From Candidatus Heimdallarchaeota archaeon (lineage in GTDB: Archaea; Asgardarchaeota; Heimdallarchaeia; JABLTI01), in the NCBI GenBank assembly GCA_018238155.1, contig JABCTZ010000046.1, positions 224,001-288,000 of the forward strand: a stretch of DNA of 64,000 nucleotides. The letters are read 5' to 3'. The notes under the pieces are model-generated. The model was not told the origin of the DNA and ran no database searches. It saw only the letters and a list, made by a program, of their open reading frames with translations. Shown piece after piece: positions 50,641 through 59,661 of the stretch. How positions within the stretch are numbered: position 1 is the stretch's first letter; the number at the start of each line of letters is the position of its first letter. Both the position numbers and the translations under genes were made by a program.

Positions 50641-51618
50641 TTATTTCGGATATGTTATCCTAGAATAATATTCTTGTAATCCTACTGGAAGATCATTCAT
50701 ATTAGGAATATCTTCTTCTAGCCAAATAAGAGTAACAGCATCATCAATATACAAGCCATCTAATTTCCGGCAGTTTTTTAGAACTGTGATATCTATCTGT
50801 TTTATCTGATTGACATCAAGCTCTATGTTCTTTAGTTCAGTACATGCTTTCAATGGTGAGAGATCTATAGATGCAAGCTGATTATTTGGAAGGATAAGTT
50901 CTTGCAGTTTTGTACAAGCTTGTAATGGAGATAGGTCAATTGAAGTAAGCATATTTTTATCAAACTCAAGACATTCCAGTTCTGTGCATGTTTTTAGAGG
51001 AGTTAGATCAATCGTAGAGAGTGGAGTGCTATAAAGCTTAAGCGCTTGTAGTTTTGTGCAAGCTTGAAGTGGAGAAAGATCAATTGATTTAAGCGGATTA
51101 TTCCCAAGCAATAATGCTCGCAGTTTAATACATGCACTCAATGATGAAAGATCTATAGAAACAAGCTGATTATTATCAAGCATGAGTTCTTGCAATTCCG
51201 TACAGGCTTTCAAAGGAGTAAGATCAATAGTTGTAAGTGGGTTATTATCAAACCAAAGCACTTGCAATTTTGTACAGGATTGTAGTGGTGAGAGATCTAT
51301 TGAAGTAAATGGATTATAACCTAGATCGAGTTGCTGTAGATTTATGCAAGCTTTCAATGATGATAAATCAACTGTAGTAAGTTTATTCCGGTGAAGCCAT
51401 AACTCTTGAAGTTCTGTGCAAGCTTGAAGTGGAGAAAGATCAATAGAAGCAAGTTGATTATCAGAAAGCCTGAGAATTCGTAATTTTGTACACTCTTTCA
51501 ATGATGACAAATCAATCGAAATAAGATTTTGACCTTCAAGGAAAAGTTCTTCTAAATTCTTTTCGATTTTTCTACTAAATTGCTCACCATTTGCTTTAAT
51601 CCCAATTACATCAATCAT
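50641..51618 (-). CDS. Leucine-rich-repeat protein (11 x 24-aa LRR)
   Basis: Consensus LQELxLxxNxLxSIDLSPLQACTK with a 72-nt period; no signal peptide. Confidence 0.92.
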   Translation of the reverse strand: MIDVIGIKANGEQFSRKIEKNLEELFLEGQNLISIDLSSLKECTKLRILRLSDNQLASIDLSPLQACTELQELWLHRNKLTTVDLSSLKACINLQQLDLGYNPFTSIDLSPLQSCTKLQVLWFDNNPLTTIDLTPLKACTELQELMLDNNQLVSIDLSSLSACIKLRALLLGNNPLKSIDLSPLQACTKLQALKLYSTPLSTIDLTPLKTCTELECLEFDKNMLTSIDLSPLQACTKLQELILPNNQLASIDLSPLKACTELKNIELDVNQIKQIDITVLKNCRKLDGLYIDDAVTLIWLEEDIPNMNDLPVGLQEYYSRITYPK

Positions 51619-51953
51619 AATCTCACACTTCAGATATTGCAACCTCAAATTACATTGCTTAAATAAAAAAGTTGCTTGATGTATTTCAATGGTTTCTAGT
51701 TATTAAATTCCAATTATATTACTGAAAAGAACTTGTTCGAGCAAAAATAACTTCTTTTCTTCTCCTTTTTTTGGTGGTCACTATTCCTCATATTATTATT
51801 ATATTGTAACCACATTAGAAGTGACTGAACTTGATAAAATTCACCGAAATAGATTAAGATGAAAGAAAAAATGGTTACTTAGAAAGAAAAAATACGAAAT
51901 GAATTTCTAGTAACAATAGGTGTAAAGCATCTATTCAATAAGGTTTGATAAAA

Positions 51954-53207
51954 ATGAATAATGATAATGGTAATTTTAATTCGACAGTAATAGCAAATGT
52001 TCAATTTCAAGCGGGACATTTTGTAGATGCAAAGAAGTCTTTCCTGAAAGTCATAAAAGAAAACCCAACTGATTTTCAAGCACTAGTCCTCTTGGGAAAT
52101 ATTGCACTACTTTCGAATAAATTCAAAGAAGCTGAAGAATGGTTAAAGAAAGCTATGGAAGCTGAACCAGAAGAACCAGCACCTCATGCATTACTAGCAG
52201 AAGTTAACTACAGACAAGATAAATTCAAAGAAGCCGCAGAAAGTCTAAGGTTTTATGGTATTAATGATATGGCTGAAAGATTAGAGAGCTTCAAAGGCAG
52301 TACCCCATATCAAATTGAAAGTGAAAAAGATGTTTTCAAAGTAAAAATGGAACAAGTCGACCCATTACCAATTGTAAAAGTGAAAATAAATGGTCATAAA
52401 GAAGTGAATTTTCTTGTAGACACTGGAGCAGCAGAAATAATGATTGATGCAGATTTCGCAAAAGAAATTAATTTGAAATCATTTGGAGAAAAAACAGGCG
52501 TGTTTGCAGGAGGGCAGAAAGCTACTACATATTTGAGCAAGATAGAGTCTATTTCTTTGGGTGATTTGAAAGTGCAGAACATTCCAGTGAAAATTGTGCC
52601 TGTTCGACCTGTTTCACAAATCTTTGGTGGAAAGCAAATTGATGGTATTATTGGAACAGTTCTTTTTTACCACTTCATTACAACTTTAGATTATCCAAAA
52701 GGAGAAATAATTTTTCGAAAGCAAACTAAGGGAAATTTAACAGCCTTAGAGAAAGCAATTGAAAACAAAAAACCAATTAAAATCCCCTTTTGGATGGCAG
52801 AGGATCACTTTATGGTTGCTTGGGGCAGAGTCAACAAAGGTGAACGAACATTGTTCTTCCTTGATACTGGGTTAGCTGGCGGAGGATTTACTGGCGCAAG
52901 AAAGACTCTAGATGATGCAGGAGTCAAACTCGATGAAGCAAATGCTTTCGAAGGAATCGGTGGCGGTGGTAAAGTTAGGGCTATACCATTTGAAGTTGAG
53001 GAACTAACATTTGGTGATACTGTTGAGAAGAACATTCGAGGAGTTTTCACCGAAAGATTTCCAATTGAATATTCAGTTGGATTCCGTATTGGAGGAATTA
53101 TCTCACATCAATTCTTTAGACATTATGCACTTACATTTGACTTTATGAAAATGAGATTTATCTTAGTTAAGAATACAGAAATAAAAGCATCTACTCAAAC
53201 AAAGTAG
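51954..53207 (+). CDS. TPR plus tandem retropepsin-like aspartyl protease
   Basis: N-terminal TPRs; FLVDTGA...DGIIG and FFLDTGL...GGIIS. Confidence 0.85.
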   Translation: MNNDNGNFNSTVIANVQFQAGHFVDAKKSFLKVIKENPTDFQALVLLGNIALLSNKFKEAEEWLKKAMEAEPEEPAPHALLAEVNYRQDKFKEAAESLRFYGINDMAERLESFKGSTPYQIESEKDVFKVKMEQVDPLPIVKVKINGHKEVNFLVDTGAAEIMIDADFAKEINLKSFGEKTGVFAGGQKATTYLSKIESISLGDLKVQNIPVKIVPVRPVSQIFGGKQIDGIIGTVLFYHFITTLDYPKGEIIFRKQTKGNLTALEKAIENKKPIKIPFWMAEDHFMVAWGRVNKGERTLFFLDTGLAGGGFTGARKTLDDAGVKLDEANAFEGIGGGGKVRAIPFEVEELTFGDTVEKNIRGVFTERFPIEYSVGFRIGGIISHQFFRHYALTFDFMKMRFILVKNTEIKASTQTK

Positions 53208-53361
53208 CTGCTTCTTTCATCTTCTCTATTACATGCACATCAAATGGGCAGCGTTCAATACAATCACCGCACTCTGGTGATTTCTTTTCTAACCAATCCG
53301 TTCCAATGCTTATTTCACTAATTTCCAGACCAGTTTTACCCAGTTTTCTATATTTCATCAT
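53191..53361 (-). pseudogene. Aldo/keto reductase (4Fe-4S-tailed type) with in-frame internal deletion
   Basis: MMKYRKLGKTGLEISEISIGTDW (AKR N-terminus) is joined directly to ECGDCIERCPFDVHVIEKMKEAATLFE (C-terminal Fe-S tail). SD GAGGT is present. Confidence 0.8.
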
Positions 53362-53715
53362 TACCTCACTAAATTAGAACATTGAATTCAAATATATTAT
53401 TCTTTTTGAAAAATATCTAATGCAATTTTTTGGAAACTCTTCTATATATTTGCTGTATTAGCAAATGTAGTTGAGGTCCAGAAGAGCATTTCGACAAGGC
53501 CATGCTTCAGCGAATAATTTTAGATGGAGAAAAATTAATTTAATTATAAATACCATTTTTTTTTCGACAAAAAATAATAATGTTTATTTGGAATTAAAAC
53601 TACCAAATATAAATTGGTTCTCTGAAAAGTATGAGATCTATTAATCATCACTGTAATTATTGTATCTGAACATATTATAATAGGTAATGTATTATCTAGC
53701 AAACTAGGAATTGAT

Positions 53716-54114
53716 TTGATGGAAGAAGAAAATTTCGAGCTACTAAAACAACGACAAACAGCAAATGAACAATTTGACTTGATACAGAAATTCCACTTGG
53801 CGGTGTTCTTCACTGCAACTTTTATTTCAGTAGCCATAATAATGATTGAAGGAATATACCAGTTGGTTGAAGTTAACCTATTTAATTATTTTCTAATTCT
53901 CACACTATCAATGCTACCAACATTAATATTCGCCATAAATATACTAATCTATTTACTTCCAATTATTCCATTCAAACGTAATGAGAAAGGAATGAGCCTA
54001 GACGTTGATTACAGTTATATTGTAAAAGAGCAAAAAAAACCAACAACAGCTAAATATAAAGTAAGAAAAGTTTTTTTGACTGTCTTATGCATTTTAGGCA
54101 TATTGTCAACATAG
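53716..54114 (+). CDS. Hypothetical membrane protein, possibly frameshifted near its 3' end
   Basis: Two TMs plus a truncated third; another frame continues hydrophobically (IVNIGNIVFLIIEIMM*) to 54152. Confidence 0.5.
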   Translation: MMEEENFELLKQRQTANEQFDLIQKFHLAVFFTATFISVAIIMIEGIYQLVEVNLFNYFLILTLSMLPTLIFAINILIYLLPIIPFKRNEKGMSLDVDYSYIVKEQKKPTTAKYKVRKVFLTVLCILGILST

Positions 54115-54284
54115 GAAATATAGTTTTTCTAATAATTGAAATTATGATGTAATTTACAATCGGCAAATCTTTGCTGATTTTTAATCTATTTGTAGAAACA
54201 TTTCCTTTTATTTGTTATAGTGGCACAGCGTTTGCAACTTTTGCAAATGCTTATATACTTAATGAGACCAAAAGACTATAGTGT

Positions 54285-55316
54285 TTGCAAAATATGCAAA
54301 AGGTGTTAAATAAATTGACAGAAGAAGTACAAGATGTTGCGATTAGTATACAAGGTTTAACTCGAGACTTTGGAAACTTTACTGCAGTATCAGATATATC
54401 ATTAGATCTTCCACGGGGAGAAATAATAGGTTTCCTTGGACCAAATGGAGCTGGAAAATCAACAACAATGAAAATGGTTGCAGGTTTAATCAAGCCATCT
54501 GAAGGGAAGGTATTTTTCCGTAAGAACGGAGAATTAGTAGAATTGAATAGAAGCAATAGAGATGCAATATTTAGAGACGTTGGTTTTCTAATAGAAAATC
54601 CAGATTTCTATAGCCATATGACGCCAAGACAAATCTTAACGTATTTTGCAGAATTGAAAGGATATCCCCGCAAAGAGATAAAGAAACGCGTAGAAGATGT
54701 TGTAAAATTGGTAGATATGGACGAATGGCTTGATAAAAAAATTAAAACCTTCTCTAAGGGAATGAGACAAAAGATAGGTCTTGTTTCTGCATTGGTACAT
54801 GACCCTTCTATATTGATTCTCGATGAACCTCAAACGGGTTTAGACCCAAAAGCTCGCAAGGAAGTTAGAGAAATTTTAATGAAACTTAAATCAATGGGTA
54901 AAACAATTTTTTTGAGTAGTCATTTGCTCTATGAGGTAAGTGAAATTTCTGATAAAATTGCTATCATAAATCATGGACAGCTAGTTGCATTTGATACAGT
55001 TGAAAAACTTGAAGCTAAAATGAAAAAGAGTTTGCTACAGATTGAGCTACGAGAACAACCTGAAAACATTGATGAGATGATTGAGACGATTAGCAAAATC
55101 ATCAAACCAATTGTTGGAGAATTGAATGGAAAAGATATAGTTCATTATAATTACAATTTGAAAGTGTTTGAAGTCTTATTTGATGGAAATACAGAAAATA
55201 AGCATAAAATTCTAGATACCATGATGGCTAAGGGATTAAAAATTTCCGAATTTTCTGTGCCAAGGACAAATCTTCTTGAGAGTTTGTATATTGGATTAAT
55301 GGAAAATGGATCATGA
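54285..55316 (+). CDS. ABC-2 type exporter ATPase
   Basis: GPNGAGKSTT, FSKGMRQK, LDEPQTGLDP, SSHLL. Confidence 0.92.
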   Translation: MQNMQKVLNKLTEEVQDVAISIQGLTRDFGNFTAVSDISLDLPRGEIIGFLGPNGAGKSTTMKMVAGLIKPSEGKVFFRKNGELVELNRSNRDAIFRDVGFLIENPDFYSHMTPRQILTYFAELKGYPRKEIKKRVEDVVKLVDMDEWLDKKIKTFSKGMRQKIGLVSALVHDPSILILDEPQTGLDPKARKEVREILMKLKSMGKTIFLSSHLLYEVSEISDKIAIINHGQLVAFDTVEKLEAKMKKSLLQIELREQPENIDEMIETISKIIKPIVGELNGKDIVHYNYNLKVFEVLFDGNTENKHKILDTMMAKGLKISEFSVPRTNLLESLYIGLMENGS

Positions 55317-55331
55317 AATAGAGAGGATAAG

Positions 55332-56231
55332 GTGAGAAAAATGCACTCAGAACAAACCGAAATTAAAAAATCAAGAGTTATGTCTATTCAAGATATTATT
55401 TACTTTGGTTCAAGACAGATTGGATCTACAATTAAATTTGAGTTTATTCGTAACAAAATGAGTTTACTCATTGCAACTGGTTCATCAGTATTTATTTACT
55501 TACTATTTTTGATAATTGACTTAATACAACAAGGTAGAGGTGTAGAACTTCCAGAATCCAATATTGATTATATTACAGGTAATTATCTTGGAATGTTGTT
55601 TCCGTTTTTAATTATGATAATTGGAATAACTTTAGGTGCGTCTATTATTTGTGAAGATTATCAGAAAGATACTGGCAACTTGATATTTCCAAAAACAACT
55701 AAATTTAGATTACTTACTGGACGATTAATTGCCAGATTTTTATATGCAATAGTAGCAGTAACAGTATATTACTTGCTAATTAGCATAACCACGTTAGCTT
55801 ATTATGGCACTATTTCAACACTGATCTTCGCATCCTGGGGATGGGCTTTACTGTACACATTAGCAGTATTCTCTGTAGTAGTCTTTTTCAGTAGTTTAAT
55901 GAAAAACAATGCTGGAACAATTATACTGAGCATACTAATAATATTGATAGTATTTTCTATGGTAGACTCAATCTTGAGATTTACAGGTTCATCTATTGAA
56001 CCATTGTTCATTCTAACATACTACTCAAACATTATTACAGCAATATTTGATATGCCGGTAGAAAGATTCGCTGAAAGCACTTTTAGAGGACACGGTGGTG
56101 GTGGTGATGGAATAATAGTATACTCCTGGTCAACTCCAAGTATTGGTGGAGCAGTAGCAGGAATGCTAACTTATACAACGCTTCTCATAGGTAGTTCCTA
56201 TTTCTTATTCCAGTTCCGGCAAAAGAAATAG
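55332..56231 (+). CDS. ABC-2 type permease
   Basis: Six TMs; SIICEDYQKDTG motif; follows the ATPase. Confidence 0.85.
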   Translation: MRKMHSEQTEIKKSRVMSIQDIIYFGSRQIGSTIKFEFIRNKMSLLIATGSSVFIYLLFLIIDLIQQGRGVELPESNIDYITGNYLGMLFPFLIMIIGITLGASIICEDYQKDTGNLIFPKTTKFRLLTGRLIARFLYAIVAVTVYYLLISITTLAYYGTISTLIFASWGWALLYTLAVFSVVVFFSSLMKNNAGTIILSILIILIVFSMVDSILRFTGSSIEPLFILTYYSNIITAIFDMPVERFAESTFRGHGGGGDGIIVYSWSTPSIGGAVAGMLTYTTLLIGSSYFLFQFRQKK

Positions 56232-56407
56232 ATTAGGACTCACGGAAAAGGAAAGAGCGAACGCTCAACGCTCTTTTTCTTTTTCATTTTCTAAGAAGAA
56301 GAAGAAAACTAAACAAAAACCTAAAATCAGATGCTTTCTACTATGGTTGTATCCACATGAATTGTTCTTGTGAAAGTCTATATAAAAAAGCAAAAGAGAG
56401 ATGCTGC

Positions 56408-57328
56408 ATGTCTAAAGAATCTGAAGTCAAACTTGATTTAAAAATAAGTTGGAAAATGCTAAAAGCTAACTACAGAGCTTTTCTAATGACAGAGCTTTTT
56501 GTATTCATATCCTTCATTATTGCATTCCTTCTTGCTGGAGGTATATTTGCTATAATTATTACGTCTATACCATCACTTACTTTTAGTGAGGTTTTAGCGG
56601 ATATTAAAAGTAAAGAGAATATCCGATATTCAATAATCGGCTCAGTTTTTATGGGTATCTCACACACTTTGGTAGTGAGCTTTCTTAATTGTCAATATGG
56701 ACTTGCGTATGATATAATGTCTTCAGGTGATATGTTCTCAGAATTTAAAAGAGCATTCAAATATTTTCGTAGATTTTGGTGGCAATATATGTTGTTTTCA
56801 CTCATATCAGTTGGCAGCATATTCATTCCAAGAAGAAGGGGATATTTCAGATCAGAAGAAATAACAAGTAGTATTTACTTTGACATTGGAATTATTGTTG
56901 TACAACTAATGATCTATTTCATCTTTACTGTAATTTCAAGTGGAACGCTACCAAGTGTAACAGCACAAGGAAGTTTCAAAAATAGTTTTGTAGAAACAAT
57001 TCGTATTTTAAGAAAACATCCAGAGCGTATTCTCAAAACTTGGGGGACGTATTTTTTTATCTTTATTTTTCCAGTAGTAGCAATATCTTTTGTACGTATG
57101 GAACTCCATTATTTCTTGGGTACAAATAAATGGTTTCTGATATTTGATATCATCGTATTGCTACTCTATCTTGTCTATCTCTTCGTAGGATACCCGTTAA
57201 AAACACTAATTTCTACAAGAATATACAACAGTATTGATTTTGAAAGATTTAAACCATTAACTGAGAATAATGATAATTTGGATCATGATCAGTTGAAAAG
57301 TAATGAGGAAAAAAAGAACATAGATTAA
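56408..57328 (+). CDS. Hypothetical membrane protein (about 6 TM, internally duplicated)
   Basis: Repeated 'F..AFKYFRRFW' / 'SFVETIRILRKHP' amphipathic helix plus TM units. Confidence 0.7.
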   Translation: MSKESEVKLDLKISWKMLKANYRAFLMTELFVFISFIIAFLLAGGIFAIIITSIPSLTFSEVLADIKSKENIRYSIIGSVFMGISHTLVVSFLNCQYGLAYDIMSSGDMFSEFKRAFKYFRRFWWQYMLFSLISVGSIFIPRRRGYFRSEEITSSIYFDIGIIVVQLMIYFIFTVISSGTLPSVTAQGSFKNSFVETIRILRKHPERILKTWGTYFFIFIFPVVAISFVRMELHYFLGTNKWFLIFDIIVLLLYLVYLFVGYPLKTLISTRIYNSIDFERFKPLTENNDNLDHDQLKSNEEKKNID

Positions 57329-57357
57329 AAGTTACCATCATTGGATGTGAAAGATAA

Positions 57358-57684
57358 ATGAATGAAACAGAAAAAATTGTAGGAAAAGAAATAGCCTTTC
57401 TTCGAGAGGAGATGCTAATTACCAACCCTGATACTGTTCCAATACTTTTCCATCCTAAAAAAGAAGAAATTCTTAAGCTGCTTATTAATAGAGAAATGAC
57501 AATTATTGACTTGAAGCATGCAACAGGTATGAATCCAGGAACAGTTAAACGCCATCTTACTGATCTTTTGGAAAATCAGTTGGTCTTTATCTCACGTGAA
57601 AAAGTAAATGAATTCAGCATTGTAATGAAATACTACCGCGCTTCAGCTAAATCATTTCAAATTAGTATCAAGTGGCCTCAATAA
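57358..57684 (+). CDS. ArsR-type winged-HTH regulator
   Basis: HPKKEEILKLL...MTIIDL...NPGTVKRHLTDL...KYYRA. Confidence 0.85.
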   Translation: MNETEKIVGKEIAFLREEMLITNPDTVPILFHPKKEEILKLLINREMTIIDLKHATGMNPGTVKRHLTDLLENQLVFISREKVNEFSIVMKYYRASAKSFQISIKWPQ

Positions 57685-57703
57685 TAAAAAGATGAAAATA
57701 AAG

Positions 57704-58465
57704 CTAAGCTAGCTTAGCTTTTACTTTTGATAAAATTTGTGTCAATATCCCACCGATTTTTTCTTCGATTTTAATATCTACTTGACCATCCAATGGTGTT
57801 TCACCAATATTGATTAAAACTGTTTTTGCACCATTCTCCATTGCCAAAATGGGTAAATCTGCAGCAGGATTAACGACTAGAGATGAACCTATCATCAAAT
57901 AAACATCTGATTTCTCTGAATGTTCATATGCTATTTTGAAATCATATTCTGGCATCGGATCTCCAAAGTTAATTACAGAGGATATCAATCTCCCTTGACA
58001 ATTAGGGCATTTTGGTTGCGATGTATTAGTTGGTTGTGTAAGATAGCCAGGACCAAGAATATTTTTATCCCAACCCGCTTCTTCATAGGTCATTCTCTCA
58101 TCACATGCTAAACATTTCATAAGAGTTCCATTTCCATGTAATTCAGAGATTGTTTCAGGAAGAATACCAGACCGTCTATGGAGATTATCAGTATTTTGTG
58201 TAATAAGGAATTTGAGCAAGCTCATTTTTTGTAATTCAACAAGAACAAGATGACCCTCATTTGGATTGATTTCAGACCAAGCCTTTTTCATTTTTGGTGG
58301 TGGTAAACCTTTATCTCGTCTCGTCCAAACACCATCCGGTCCACGGAAATCAGGGATACCAGATTGAGTACTTATTCCAGCACCTGTAAATGCTACAAGA
58401 TGTTTAGCATTTGAAATCCATTCAGCTACTAATTCAATTTTTTCTTCTAATGACAAATTGTTCAT
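57704..58465 (-). CDS. Sir2-family NAD-dependent deacylase, class IV (SIRT6/7)-like
   Basis: [40 protein letters not shown], two CxxC, GSSLVV.PAA. Confidence 0.93.
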   Translation of the reverse strand: [253 protein letters not shown]

Positions 58466-58516
58466 TTATATTTCCTCGAAAGAAGTGGTTAGAGACCTTA
58501 TTTTAAGGTAGCTGTA

Positions 58517-59353
58517 TTAGGGATCAATACCACAATCAGAGAAAATTTCCATTAAAGCTATATAGGATGCTTCCAAATAAATAGGTAAAAATTCACGATT
58601 ATATATCTCGAGAGTAATTGTTTCAGTGTATTTCATTTCTTTTAATTTTGAAATAAATCTTTTAAAATCAATGGAAGCTGTGCCAATTGGCAAATGAACA
58701 TCAGCTTGTTCTGAATATCCACCAAAATTGTCATGTAAATGGATATGCTTCAATTGTTTCTTGAATGTTTCAAGCATAGAGTAGATTTTTTCTTCAGAGG
58801 TTTTATGCGCTGTGCCCGGAAAAATGATATTTGCATGCCCGATATCGAAAGTAAATCCTAAATCTTTGTGTTTTTTGAAAATGGGTTTGAGATCATCTAC
58901 AGATTCGTCCGTATTTTCAAGCACCATTTGTAGATTATTCTGCTTAGCAATTTTAATCCATTCACTTATGGCTGAATCCTTTGCTTCAGATAATTTCTCT
59001 ACTGGAATATCTTTTGGATCTTCTGTGTGACCAAAAACTCCATGAAAAACTAATTTATTAGTTAAACCTAATTTTCCAATTAACGCTATTTCATCAGATA
59101 TTCGATCAACATAATCCGTCCATAAGGCAACATCAGAAATAATATGTGTATTTAGATGCGCTAAATGAATTATTGTAAATAAATCATAAGAATCAATAAT
59201 CTCTCTAATTGCTATCAATTGCAAATTGAGTTCATCTATATCAGCATAATAATCTCCAATATAGAATTCAACAAAATCAAATCCAATTCGTTTTGCTGCG
59301 ACGAGATCAGCTAACTGTAATTTTTCTAATGTAAAAGAAGCGCCAATTTTCAA
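58517..59353 (-). CDS. Sugar-phosphate isomerase/epimerase (xylose isomerase-like TIM barrel)
   Basis: LEN, FDIGHA, HIHLHDN, DVHLPIG. Confidence 0.85.
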   Translation of the reverse strand: MKIGASFTLEKLQLADLVAAKRIGFDFVEFYIGDYYADIDELNLQLIAIREIIDSYDLFTIIHLAHLNTHIISDVALWTDYVDRISDEIALIGKLGLTNKLVFHGVFGHTEDPKDIPVEKLSEAKDSAISEWIKIAKQNNLQMVLENTDESVDDLKPIFKKHKDLGFTFDIGHANIIFPGTAHKTSEEKIYSMLETFKKQLKHIHLHDNFGGYSEQADVHLPIGTASIDFKRFISKLKEMKYTETITLEIYNREFLPIYLEASYIALMEIFSDCGIDP

Positions 59354-59661
59354 TTATTTTCTTGCCTCCATAATCCAATACTCGTTCCACTATAAAAAAG
59401 CAACAGAAGTATTATCATGTTTTAACCCATTTTAATTTCCTTAGCAAACTGCACCACTCGCATTGATAGCCCCTATCGTTTATTGCTCATAGATACAAAT
59501 AAATTTTGAGGAAATACTCAATTTCTGATATAGCTATTGTGAGAATTATTCAATGTTAGCATTTTAAGTGATGCTGAATACATTCAAAAAACAGAATGCA
59601 GAAACATAGTACTAATTTTTTCCATCGGAAATCAGTATTAAAGACTATGACATTCTATCAT

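Noticed and set aside
50760-51560. 72-nt periodic repeats as a CRISPR array or DGR template/variable repeat
   Set aside because: The repeats are in-frame LRR codons with synonymous variation, differences are not adenine-restricted, and no cas or reverse transcriptase gene is in the window.
59405-59555. Minus-strand frame containing CEWC with flanking TGA codons, as a possible selenoprotein
   Set aside because: No start codon or SD, multiple stops, and no family resemblance.
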